From NCBI GenBank assembly GCA_017883965.1, contig JAFNKG010000004.1, positions 983-64,982 of the forward strand: a DNA stretch of 64,000 nucleotides, read 5' to 3'. The notes under the pieces were generated by a model. The model saw nothing but the letters and a program-made list of their open reading frames with translations, was not told where the DNA came from and did no database searches. The DNA is from Candidatus Methanophagales archaeon. Lineage in GTDB: Archaea > Halobacteriota > Syntropharchaeia > Alkanophagales > Methanospirareceae. A program made the translations under genes and the position numbers. How positions within the stretch are numbered: position 1 is the stretch's first letter; each line of letters starts with the position of its first letter. Of this stretch, positions 1-8,457 are shown one piece after another.

Positions 1-134
1 AGAGGTTCACATCTTATGGATTAAGTGGCTTACCCGGAATAGCAGGCTCAAGACCGATTTCGGTTTTGCTGATTTCGATTTGTTTGGTTATATTTATCTT
101 GCTCAGGCTACTGCAAGGGAGAAGAAGGAAATGA
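1..134 (+). CDS. ABC transporter permease, C-terminal fragment (5' end outside window)
   Basis: Frame 3 is open from the window edge and reads ...GLSGLPGIAGSRPISVLLISICLVIFILLRLLQGRRRK*, a terminal TM helix plus basic tail. Its TGA (132-134) overlaps the ATG (131-133) of the ATPase gene (ATGA coupling). Confidence 0.5.
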   Translation, partial: RFTSYGLSGLPGIAGSRPISVLLISICLVIFILLRLLQGRRRK

Positions 135-1183
135 TAGAAGTGAGGGGATTGGACAAAGATTGGAAAGAATTCTCTCTCAAAGATATAAATTTAGAAGTAA
201 AAAAAGGCGAATATTTCGTTATTCTGGGTCCTACCGGTGCTGGAAAGACTTTATTGCTTGAAACGATTGCCGGTTTTCACATTCCTGATAGTGGAGAAGT
301 CTGGATAGATGGACATGATGTAACAAATCTACCACCAGAGAGAAGGAGAATTGGTTTTATTTACCAGGATTATTCACTATTCCCTCATTTTACCGTCGAA
401 GAGAACATAGAATTTGGCTTGAAGTTGAGAAAGTCCGCATCTCAGGATACGAACAGGAAGAGATTGGAAGAAATAATGGACTGGTTGAATATATCGCATC
501 TCGCACATCGGTATCCCGCTACGCTAAGCGGTGGAGAACAGCAAAAGATTGCAATTGCCAGAGCAATCGCGATAGAGCCGTCAGTATTGCTTTTGGACGA
601 GCCCTTAGCCGCTTTAGACCGCAGAACGAGAGATTATCTGCGAGAAGAACTGAAGAGAGTAAAACGCGAATTAGGAATTACAATGCTTCATGTCACGCAT
701 GACCAGACAGAAGCGATGGTTTTAGCAGATAGAATAGCAGTGATGATGAAAGGGCGAATAATGCAGGTCGGCACTCCTTACGAGATATTCAACAAGCCTC
801 AAAACGAGGATATAGCTGATTTCGTTGGCGTTGAGAACATATTGAGTGGTGCCGTTGGAAGTAACGAGAATGGCGTTGCAGAGATAGTAGTTGATATGGG
901 CTATAACATATTTGCAGTTTCTGACTACCATGCGGGAAAGGTAAAATTGTTTATAAGACCTGAAGACATAATTCTGTCTGAAAAGCGTGGAGAAAGCAGT
1001 GCAAGGAACGTTATCAGGGCAAAAATAGAAGAGATGAGCGATATGGGTCCTTTAACACATGTAAGAATGGATAATTCGCTTGTCGCTCTTATTACAAAAC
1101 AATCACGTGAAAGTCTCGGACTGCGAAAAGGAGACGAAGTCTATGTGACCTTTAAAGCCACTTCGGTGCACGTGGTGAGATGA
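131..1183 (+). CDS. ABC transporter ATP-binding protein, molybdate/tungstate (ModC/WtpC-like) with C-terminal TOBE-like domain
   Basis: Walker A GPTGAGKT, signature LSGGEQQ, Walker B LLLDEP, H-loop VTHD, and a C-terminal about 120-aa beta-rich tail as in ModC. Start moved from the track ORF to ATG 131 (MIEVRGL). Confidence 0.8.
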   Translation: MIEVRGLDKDWKEFSLKDINLEVKKGEYFVILGPTGAGKTLLLETIAGFHIPDSGEVWIDGHDVTNLPPERRRIGFIYQDYSLFPHFTVEENIEFGLKLRKSASQDTNRKRLEEIMDWLNISHLAHRYPATLSGGEQQKIAIARAIAIEPSVLLLDEPLAALDRRTRDYLREELKRVKRELGITMLHVTHDQTEAMVLADRIAVMMKGRIMQVGTPYEIFNKPQNEDIADFVGVENILSGAVGSNENGVAEIVVDMGYNIFAVSDYHAGKVKLFIRPEDIILSEKRGESSARNVIRAKIEEMSDMGPLTHVRMDNSLVALITKQSRESLGLRKGDEVYVTFKATSVHVVR

Positions 1184-1709
1184 TAATAAACTCCACTATC
1201 TTCTTCGCACACTCTTCTACACTCATTTTTTCACTGTTCACCACGACCTCAGGATTCACTGGCTCTTCATACGGCACGTTCACGCCCGGCACGGTGGCTC
1301 CTTTTTCTTCCCCCTTTTCATATATACCAGGAGGAGCATGTTTTGCTTTCCGACCTCTTTCTCTTTCCATGCACGTATCTAAAGAGCACGTCACATACAC
1401 TTCAGCGAAATTCTTTATGTTCGCACGGGCTCTTTCCCTGTATTTTCTTCGATTTGCAGTAGCATCTATTATAACCGGCTTGCCACTTTCCACCATGAGT
1501 TTCGCCATGTAAACCAGTGATGCATACACAATATCCCGTTCCTCTTCCGAGTAAGAAGGTTTTGGCGTAATAAATTTTCTTATCTCGTCAAGTTCAAGCA
1601 CCTTCACATCTACACTTTTATCTCTTTCTTCCAAAATAGTTCTCACTTCCTCTGCTATTGCTGTCTTACCACTCCCAGGTAAGCCGGTTATCCATACCGC
1701 CCATGACAT
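1152..1709 (-). CDS. adenylyl-sulfate (APS) kinase family P-loop kinase
   Basis: N-terminal WITGLPGSGKT P-loop and C-terminal PGVNVPYEEPVNPEVVV, resembling the CysC F(T)G..PYE.P..PE motif. The 3' end overlaps the convergent ATPase gene by 32 nt. Confidence 0.6.
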   Translation of the reverse strand: MSWAVWITGLPGSGKTAIAEEVRTILEERDKSVDVKVLELDEIRKFITPKPSYSEEERDIVYASLVYMAKLMVESGKPVIIDATANRRKYRERARANIKNFAEVYVTCSLDTCMERERGRKAKHAPPGIYEKGEEKGATVPGVNVPYEEPVNPEVVVNSEKMSVEECAKKIVEFIIISPRAPKWL

Positions 1710-1757
1710 TTTATTTTTTCATTACATTTTGATTATAAGTATTTGTATAGAAGAAGC

Positions 1758-2246
1758 ATGAGGAAGCTCAGAATATTTTATGATAAGAACAGCGAGGCGA
1801 ATGTGCCAGCGGTAAAAGAAGCACTTGAATATGTTTTCGGGGTAGAGACGAGCGAAGAAATTCAACTGGATGCAGCCGAGGATGCATACAACACAAAGAG
1901 AATGCAGTACGATGCATCAAATCTCCTGAATTTTCTTATCAGGTACACATCTAAGGTAAGCTCAAAAGAGCCTTCTTTATGTTTATGGATAATAAGCGAT
2001 GACTTATACGTGCAGGGAATGAATTTTGTATTCGGTGTTGCACAACCAGATAAAGCTGCCGTTCTCTCTACGCACAGGCTCGATTCGCTCGATTTGATAA
2101 AAAAGGAAGCTATTCACGAGATGGGGCATGTTTTTGGGCTAAAGCACTGCAATAACTACTGCGTGATGCAATTCTCCAATTCGTTATACGAAGCGAAGAA
2201 GAAACCGGCTACGCTTTGCGATAGGTGTAGGGCGCTATTAACATAA
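1758..2246 (+). CDS. amzA: archaemetzincin (zinc metallopeptidase)
   Basis: HEMGHVFGLKHCNNYCVMQFSN...LCDRCRALL matches the archaemetzincin signature HExxHxxGx3Cx4CxMx17CxxC. Start set at ATG 1758 (MRKLRIF). Confidence 0.85.
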   Translation: MRKLRIFYDKNSEANVPAVKEALEYVFGVETSEEIQLDAAEDAYNTKRMQYDASNLLNFLIRYTSKVSSKEPSLCLWIISDDLYVQGMNFVFGVAQPDKAAVLSTHRLDSLDLIKKEAIHEMGHVFGLKHCNNYCVMQFSNSLYEAKKKPATLCDRCRALLT

Positions 2247-2309
2247 CATTTTTATAGGTTGGGCTTAGATGTAAGTAATGTAATCTTACTTAACGATAAA
2301 ACGGGGGTA

Positions 2310-2789
2310 ATGAAAAACAAAACCGTAGTGGGAATCGTATTAATAATATTATTGCTCTCTATTATTGCATTTATTGCGTTATCGAGCCATATAAAACCGT
2401 CAGGGCTTGCGGTCGTAGATTTTAAAGTCGAAGAGCCAGAACCTTCTTTATTAAACAGTCGGTACATAACAATTGACTCTGGCGAATCAGTTATACTTGG
2501 CGTTACAGTCCAGAATAAAGGTGATAATATTACGCATCGAGACGCTTACAGTGTTGGTATAGAGGTGATAGACCCCGACAAAGGAGATGAATACTGGCAA
2601 TTACCTTCTGAGCAATTGATAAGGATAGACCTGAGTCCCGAGGGAGAATCGAGTCATACGTTCAAGATGAGTAATAAAAAAGAGGTTAGTGGAAAATTTA
2701 AAATCCAGGCATATATCAAATCAGCGAAGACGCGTGAAGAAATTGCTCGAAGCGATAAAGTGACAATTGAAATAAAGTTTCCCGCGTAA
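2310..2789 (+). CDS. membrane-anchored hypothetical protein (N-terminal TM, beta-rich ectodomain)
   Basis: MKNKTVVGIVLIILLLSIIAFIAL signal-anchor, then a segment ITIDSGESVILGVTVQNKGDNIT resembling CARDB-type Ig-like folds. Start set at ATG 2310. Confidence 0.5.
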   Translation: MKNKTVVGIVLIILLLSIIAFIALSSHIKPSGLAVVDFKVEEPEPSLLNSRYITIDSGESVILGVTVQNKGDNITHRDAYSVGIEVIDPDKGDEYWQLPSEQLIRIDLSPEGESSHTFKMSNKKEVSGKFKIQAYIKSAKTREEIARSDKVTIEIKFPA

Positions 2790-2818
2790 ACATCTTCAAC
2801 AGGTCCTTTGAGCCACCT

Positions 2819-3511
2819 TTATGGCTTGCTTCTTAGGCGGTCCATTATGAATACAACCAATATTACGAACAGACAACCAAAAAGGAACCATAGACCGGGA
2901 TGAGCAAAAACATCAAATCCAAAGTCAAGACCAATTCCTTTTGATGCTGGCATCGGCGATGGCACTATTGTAGGTATTGGCGGGGGTGCGGGTATTGGTG
3001 CAGGGACCCCGCCTCCTTCCGCAGGTATTGACCTTGTAGCATCTCCTATTGGACCTTTCATCTTCATCGTCAGAAATTCTATCATGCCAGAGCCAACCAC
3101 CGCAAAGAATATCACCGTCAAATATCTCTTCAACGCCGCAATAACATCCTTCCTATCCGTCTTCTCAGGGACGATGACAACGAATTTACGCTGCGGTGCG
3201 TATATCTTCACGGTTTTCATCTTCTCGCTATATCTCGTTCGCTCTACCTTCACCAGTCCCGCATCGTTAAGCTTATCAAGGTTGTATTGAACGGTAGTTA
3301 AAGGAATGCCGAGTTTTTCTGCAATCTCGGATGCTGAAAGTGGTTTGGATGCGATAACCTCTAAAATATTCCTTGCTGTGTCGTTAGAAATAATCTGCGT
3401 GATTTTCCTGGAGTTTTTGTCGTTTAAAGGGAGAATTAGCAGTTTTTCATCTTCGGTATTGGTATTTTCATCCATTCCGTCATTGTTATTGCTTTTATTC
3501 GAAATCATCAA
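2819..3511 (-). CDS. ArsR-family winged-helix transcriptional regulator with C-terminal transmembrane segments
   Basis: ARNILEVIASKPLSASEIAEKLGIPLTTVQYNLDKLNDAGLVKVER is a typical ArsR/SmtB wHTH. It is followed by two hydrophobic helices (YLTVIFFAVVGSGMIEFL and GLWFLFGCLFVILVVFIM) flanking a Pro-rich loop. Confidence 0.7.
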   Translation of the reverse strand: MMISNKSNNNDGMDENTNTEDEKLLILPLNDKNSRKITQIISNDTARNILEVIASKPLSASEIAEKLGIPLTTVQYNLDKLNDAGLVKVERTRYSEKMKTVKIYAPQRKFVVIVPEKTDRKDVIAALKRYLTVIFFAVVGSGMIEFLTMKMKGPIGDATRSIPAEGGGVPAPIPAPPPIPTIVPSPMPASKGIGLDFGFDVFAHPGLWFLFGCLFVILVVFIMDRLRSKP

Positions 3512-3550
3512 TTCTATTTTGGTTTGCCTGATTTAAAAAACAATCCATAG

Positions 3551-3587
3551 CTTCAACTTGATTCGTAGCTTACGAAACTCTTATAAG
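3551..3587 (+). promoter_or_regulatory. conserved promoter motif, copy 1 (palindrome TTCGTAGCTTACGAA plus TATA-like box)
   Basis: cttcaacttgattcgtagcttacgaaactcttataag. The perfect inverted repeat is at 3562-3576, and the first 17 nt are identical to copy 2 at 7094. It lies in the divergent intergenic region between the ArsR-like gene and the DUF4349 gene. Confidence 0.5.
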
Positions 3588-3620
3588 CGAAAAAAACAAA
3601 CAGGATTTGTAGGTGATAAA

Positions 3621-4499
3621 ATGGAAAAATATACCAAAATAGCGGTTGTCGTTCTGCTCTGTATATTAGTAGCTTCAGCAGGTTTTTTGGTCCAAAATTA
3701 TTCACAGCAAAAGGCATATTCGGGGATGGATATTTTAGAAGAAACAGCCATAGGAGGCGGTAAAGGATTTCCAGCACCGGCGGCAGCACCGACACCTGCA
3801 CCGGCAGAAAGAGGAACACTAGAATTACAATATACAGATACCGAGAGGAAGATAATACAAACGGCTTCGTTAAGCATCGAAGTAGAAGACTTTCAGTCGA
3901 GTTCTGATTCAGTTATTGATATTGTAGAGCGGTATAATGGATTTATTTCTGATTCTCGCACGTATGTCACGGATACTGGACGTAAGAGAGGCGATATTAC
4001 TATCAGGGTACCAACGGATAAGTTTCTCGCAGTTATTGCTGAAATAGAGCACGTTGGCGATGTAAAATCAAAACATACATCAGGAGAAGACGTTACAGAA
4101 GAATATATTGATTTGACGGCGAGGCTTAATAATTTTGAGAGACAGGAGGAGAGATTACTGGAGATACTGGACATTGCTAATACTACAAAGGAGGTTCTTG
4201 AAGTTGAACGAGAAATATGGCGTGCAAGGGGTGAGATCGAACGGCTTACTGGGCGGATAAAATATCTTGAGAACCGTGTCGAACTTGCCACGATCTCCGT
4301 TTCGTTGTATGAACCTGAGCCGATAACACATAGCTGGGGGATAAGGGATGCTCTTCGTTCTGCCTTCGAGGGGTTTGTGTCGATGACACGAGGACTTATA
4401 ATCCTCGTTGGATACGCCTTGCCACTATTAATTCTGGTCGGTCTCGGTTGGCTCGTCAAATCGATGTTGATGCCAAGATTGCGGAGGGAGAGAAGGTAA
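3621..4499 (+). CDS. DUF4349-like membrane-anchored coiled-coil protein
   Basis: N-terminal TM, then RKIIQTASLSIEVEDF...GDITIRVPTDKF...EEYIDLTARLNNFERQEERLLEIL and a C-terminal TM, the architecture I recall for DUF4349. Start at ATG 3621, preceded by aggtga. Confidence 0.65.
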   Translation: MEKYTKIAVVVLLCILVASAGFLVQNYSQQKAYSGMDILEETAIGGGKGFPAPAAAPTPAPAERGTLELQYTDTERKIIQTASLSIEVEDFQSSSDSVIDIVERYNGFISDSRTYVTDTGRKRGDITIRVPTDKFLAVIAEIEHVGDVKSKHTSGEDVTEEYIDLTARLNNFERQEERLLEILDIANTTKEVLEVEREIWRARGEIERLTGRIKYLENRVELATISVSLYEPEPITHSWGIRDALRSAFEGFVSMTRGLIILVGYALPLLILVGLGWLVKSMLMPRLRRERR

Positions 4500-4516
4500 A
4501 GTTAAGAGATGATGCG

Positions 4517-4741
4517 ATGAAAAAATGGAAAATTGGTGCGATAGTGGGAGCGGTTTTGGGGCTTATAAGTTCGTATATTCCCATTCTGTGGTGGTATGGT
4601 GGAGGGAACATTGTAAGTTTTGTTCCTCCAACTCCATCTTTATACTCTTTCGGGGTTTATTACGGGTTATTCTTATCAGCAATTTTTGGGACGCTAATCG
4701 GTGCAGGAATTGGATATTTAACTGATAAATACAGGAGGTAG
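4517..4741 (+). CDS. small membrane protein (2 TM)
   Basis: MKKWKIGAIVGAVLGLISSYIP... has two hydrophobic helices and sits in tight spacing within the operon. Confidence 0.45.
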   Translation: MKKWKIGAIVGAVLGLISSYIPILWWYGGGNIVSFVPPTPSLYSFGVYYGLFLSAIFGTLIGAGIGYLTDKYRR

Positions 4742-4743
4742 TT

Positions 4744-6039
4744 ATGATGAAAAACAAAACCAAAATATTCGGAATAAGCATTTTGCTAATTTTTAGCCTG
4801 CTAATTTTTTCGAACACAAGCATGGCTTGTTTTAACCCAACGGACAGTTTTGCTACAGAAGTAGCTTTAAACAAACCTTCTATAACTTATGACTTAAGCG
4901 GAATAAAACAATCAAAAGATGTTACAGTTATAGAGAAGGAGAAAGAGGAAAGTCCTGATGTCGTTGAAGAGGAGCATAGAGAAGAAGTTGTCCCAAAACC
5001 GATTGAAATAATAACAATAGAAGAAGGTGAAGAAAAACCAAAAAGAAGTGAAGAACCTTCCTTTGAAGATTATATAGAAACTAACGCTATAATTTACCGG
5101 TCTCATTACAATAAAGATATTGCAGTTGCTTTAATGGAAGAAGAATGGGAAGGTCAAAAATATTTAGATGTTAAAATACAGGTGCCAACAAAGTTTGTTA
5201 AAAGTTCTTACCCTGAGATAAAAATTGATTTAGACGGTCTACCACCAATTACTCAAGAAGTTGATCAAGATTATCTCGAATCTTTAGGCTATCAGGTTAA
5301 AGGTGAATTTCAAGCTGGCTATCTTAAAAGCCAGGTTATAAAGGGAAACATTGATATTGCTGTTTGGAGTATTAGTGATATTGAAGAAGAGGATGATGAT
5401 GAGGAAGGTGAAAAGAAGGAGAGTTTTAGCGGGTTTTCTATTCGTGTTAGAAATCAAAGCACTCTAACCCCTGAATTAGAAGAAGAATTTAAGGATGTAC
5501 TTAAAGCTTACGGGCTCAATCCCGACCTTTGGAATCGGGCAGAAATAAAAACCGAAACCCGAGAAGATGTTGATTTGGCACCAGCCATAGATATTGATTT
5601 AGATAGTTTTGATTGGGGATTAGCATTAAGAACCGAATTAGAGTGGTTACGAAATAATAATGTAATCAGCGGTTTAACTGATGACGATTTAGATGGAATT
5701 GCTAAAGCTGCAGATAAAGGAACTGCTGGCTGGAACTCCAAGATCAGATATTTTGAGGGCAAGTGGGTGCAGGGGATTACAGAAGAGATGGAAGAAACGG
5801 GAATGTATATGGTAAGAGCAGGTATTGATTGTGGTGGTTTTCCTGCGGGGTTGTTACCTGAAGAAGTTCCAAGGGGTGTGCCTGCTCCTTATGAGTCTGT
5901 TCCTGATAATCAGTTACCATTCTTCGGCGTCGTGACCATTGCTTATCATGAAAAGGCTCTTATTATTGTTGGAGTTATTACCATAATTGCGTTAATAGTA
6001 GGAATTGTGGGTTTTGTTTTAAAGAAAAGAAGGAGATGA
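4744..6039 (+). CDS. acidic secreted protein with signal peptide and C-terminal TM anchor, unknown function
   Basis: MMKNKTKIFGISILLIFSLLIFSNTSMA signal, long E/D-rich stretches, and C-terminal IIVGVITIIALIVGIVGFVLKKRRR. I recognise no motif. Confidence 0.6.
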   Translation: MMKNKTKIFGISILLIFSLLIFSNTSMACFNPTDSFATEVALNKPSITYDLSGIKQSKDVTVIEKEKEESPDVVEEEHREEVVPKPIEIITIEEGEEKPKRSEEPSFEDYIETNAIIYRSHYNKDIAVALMEEEWEGQKYLDVKIQVPTKFVKSSYPEIKIDLDGLPPITQEVDQDYLESLGYQVKGEFQAGYLKSQVIKGNIDIAVWSISDIEEEDDDEEGEKKESFSGFSIRVRNQSTLTPELEEEFKDVLKAYGLNPDLWNRAEIKTETREDVDLAPAIDIDLDSFDWGLALRTELEWLRNNNVISGLTDDDLDGIAKAADKGTAGWNSKIRYFEGKWVQGITEEMEETGMYMVRAGIDCGGFPAGLLPEEVPRGVPAPYESVPDNQLPFFGVVTIAYHEKALIIVGVITIIALIVGIVGFVLKKRRR

Positions 6040-6923
6040 TGAAAAGCAAAAAATTATTTTATGGGATTTTGGCAATTGCCATAGTAGCCATTGCAGGAGT
6101 TAGCTTGTTTTATTATCTAAATAATCCGGAATCCACAATAGCTTGGAAATTACCGTTTATACATGAACGAGAGGACCGGCAACCAACAGTAGACAAAACA
6201 AATGACAAGATAATCGTGGGTGTCGAAGCCGGACCTATAGCAAGAGAGTGTTTTAATAAATCTTACCTGATTGAAACAGCCGATTACATAATCGAAGGAA
6301 CGATTGAAAAGGTCGAGGAAAAAAAGGATATGGAAACGGGTATTTACAGTTATGTTTACCTGACAGTTGAAAAATATCTTAAAGGAGAGTCACTTTCAGC
6401 AAATAAACTTCAAATTAATGTGACGGTAAGAACTCCTTTAACTTTCCATGAAGGTGAAAAAGTTAGGATATATTTAAAAAACTATAAAGAAAGACTTTTG
6501 ATATTTTGCGGTCATTACGGGGTTGAAGAAATAAAGCCTGAGGTCGCGGAGACGAAAGAAGATTTTTGTGGTTGGTCAACCGATGGAAAATGTTCTTCGG
6601 ATTCGGATTGTATAATGGGTGGATGTTCTGCTCAGGTTTGCCAATCTAAATATGAAGAGTCAATTACTACAACTTGCGAATGGAGAGATTGCTTCGATGC
6701 AATTAAATATGGTTTGAAATGTAGATGTATTGATGGTAGATGTCAATGGTCGGAGATAGAGCCTACTAAAGAAGTGCCTACGATGATGGACATTCCACAT
6801 TTAACACCACAACTTGGTGAATACTTCACTTACAGGGGGAACAAATCCAAAATACTTCTAAACGATTCTCGTCTAAAATATTGTTTTCTAAACAGGGGAT
6901 TTCGAGCTGCACTTAAAGTATAG
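6036..6923 (+). CDS. membrane-anchored protein with C-terminal Cys-rich domain, unknown function
   Basis: ATGA overlap with the upstream gene and an N-terminal TM (LFYGILAIAIVAIAGVSLFYYL). Ten Cys lie in about 60 aa: CGWSTDGKCSSDSDCIMGGCSAQVCQSKYEESITTTCEWRDCFDAIKYGLKCRCIDGRCQW. Confidence 0.6.
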   Translation: MMKSKKLFYGILAIAIVAIAGVSLFYYLNNPESTIAWKLPFIHEREDRQPTVDKTNDKIIVGVEAGPIARECFNKSYLIETADYIIEGTIEKVEEKKDMETGIYSYVYLTVEKYLKGESLSANKLQINVTVRTPLTFHEGEKVRIYLKNYKERLLIFCGHYGVEEIKPEVAETKEDFCGWSTDGKCSSDSDCIMGGCSAQVCQSKYEESITTTCEWRDCFDAIKYGLKCRCIDGRCQWSEIEPTKEVPTMMDIPHLTPQLGEYFTYRGNKSKILLNDSRLKYCFLNRGFRAALKV

Positions 6924-7093
6924 AGAGGATATTGAGCGTATTGCGCTTTTTATCGGATGTGTGAGTGAAATACCACCACCATAGAGGGGAAATTGGTAAT
7001 GATGAATGTTTCTTCGCCCAAATTTGCTTCGCAAACTTCTTTTATCCCAGAACTTTAGGTGAAATTTATTCCTCGCTTTTCCCACTTTTATAA

Positions 7094-7130
7094 CTTCAAC
7101 TTGATTCGTAATTATCGAAAATCTTAAAAA
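7094..7130 (+). promoter_or_regulatory. conserved promoter motif, copy 2
   Basis: cttcaacttgattcgtaattatcgaaaatcttaaaaa. Inverted repeat TTCGTAATTATCGAA at 7105-7119, 16-22 nt upstream of the ATG cluster of the M28 gene. Confidence 0.5.
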
Positions 7131-7145
7131 TACTCAAATTTATTC

Positions 7146-8441
7146 ATGCGTATGATGAAAAGCAAAAACAGGATTAATGCAATATCCGCTGTAATTTTTA
7201 TCTTTTTATTCTTTTCAATGCCAGCATTCACATTGCAAGTTTGTGCTGCGACAAACCAGGATTTTGATGTAAGTCAGGCTAATATAGAACAGACTACAAA
7301 AGATATAGTGGATTATGGTCCCAGGTCATATTTTGATTCAAATGAGTCTTCAAGACAACAAGTGTCAGTGTTTATAAGTGGTATTATGGAAGGCTATGGT
7401 CTTCAGACTTCTTTTGATGAATTTTATATTGGAAAACCATTTGATGTCACGGGTAGAAATGTGATTGGAGTAAAGTATGGTTCGAATTTGAAGGACCAAA
7501 TAGTGATTATTTCTGCTCATTATGATACCCGTCCCTTGAGTCCCGGAGCTGATGATGACGCATCTGGTGTGGCTGTGATGCTGGAAATAGCCAGGTTATT
7601 TCAAAATTATACCTCAAACAGGACTATTTATTTCATTGCTTTTGATGGTGAAGAAGTAAATATGCAGGGAAGCCGCAACTGGATGGAAAAGCATGAAGAC
7701 CTAAAGGAAGATATAATCGCAGTTATAAATGTGGATATGGTAGCTTATGGGGACAATTTGAGTGTTGTTTGTCTTCCTCAATACAGTTGGCTAAATAATT
7801 TATTTCAGACATCATCAAAGAGTTTGAATCTTACTCTTAACGAAAAAAGAAATCCTAATCGTAGGACAGGATCGGTATATGGTGATGGTGAAGCATTTTT
7901 GCATAGCTACATTCCCACCATAGTAATAGCCGAAAGTACCATTAATCCTTATTATCATACTGAACATGACACTATTGAGAATGCGAATTTCTCGTTGGCT
8001 AAGGATGCTGCAAAAATCGTTGCGAAAAGTGTGCATCGTTTAGCAAATTCAGAGGATATAACTCCTCCTGAGGTAAAAATAGAGTACCCTGGACATGAGA
8101 TATATAAATACCCATATAATTCTTTAATTTACACTGTATCAGAAAACAGTAGCATAGATGTCTTCATAGACGGAGTAAGCATGGGTTATATAGAATCTGG
8201 ACATCCTATATTCTGGTCAGAAGGAACGCATGTAATAAAAATCCAAGCTATTGACTCAATGGGCAATGCAGGCTGGGACACAGTGACTTTTCGAATCAAC
8301 CCAAAAGCAAAATATTATTCACAAACATGGAGAAATGAGGGTACACCCTATACAACAATAATTGCGATTATATTATTTCTAACTTTTCTTGCAACTTCAA
8401 TTATGATATTAAAATTAAAACGCAAATCAAAGAAGAAATAA
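7146..8441 (+). CDS. M28-family metallopeptidase, secreted, with Ig-like domain and C-terminal TM anchor
   Basis: GRNVIGVKYG...IISAHYDTRPLSPGADDDASGVAVMLEIARLF...IAFDGEEVNMQGS carries the M28 zinc ligands. Also an N-terminal signal and C-terminal IIAIILFLTFLATSIMILKLKRK. Confidence 0.8.
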   Translation: MRMMKSKNRINAISAVIFIFLFFSMPAFTLQVCAATNQDFDVSQANIEQTTKDIVDYGPRSYFDSNESSRQQVSVFISGIMEGYGLQTSFDEFYIGKPFDVTGRNVIGVKYGSNLKDQIVIISAHYDTRPLSPGADDDASGVAVMLEIARLFQNYTSNRTIYFIAFDGEEVNMQGSRNWMEKHEDLKEDIIAVINVDMVAYGDNLSVVCLPQYSWLNNLFQTSSKSLNLTLNEKRNPNRRTGSVYGDGEAFLHSYIPTIVIAESTINPYYHTEHDTIENANFSLAKDAAKIVAKSVHRLANSEDITPPEVKIEYPGHEIYKYPYNSLIYTVSENSSIDVFIDGVSMGYIESGHPIFWSEGTHVIKIQAIDSMGNAGWDTVTFRINPKAKYYSQTWRNEGTPYTTIIAIILFLTFLATSIMILKLKRKSKKK

Positions 8442-8457
8442 AACGGTGAAATAAGTG

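Noticed and set aside
6888-7085. 65-aa minus-strand ORF in the 6924-7145 gap
   Set aside because: It has no RBS and a basic low-complexity translation, and it overlaps the end of the Cys-rich gene. The gap is better explained as terminator plus promoter (motif copy 2).
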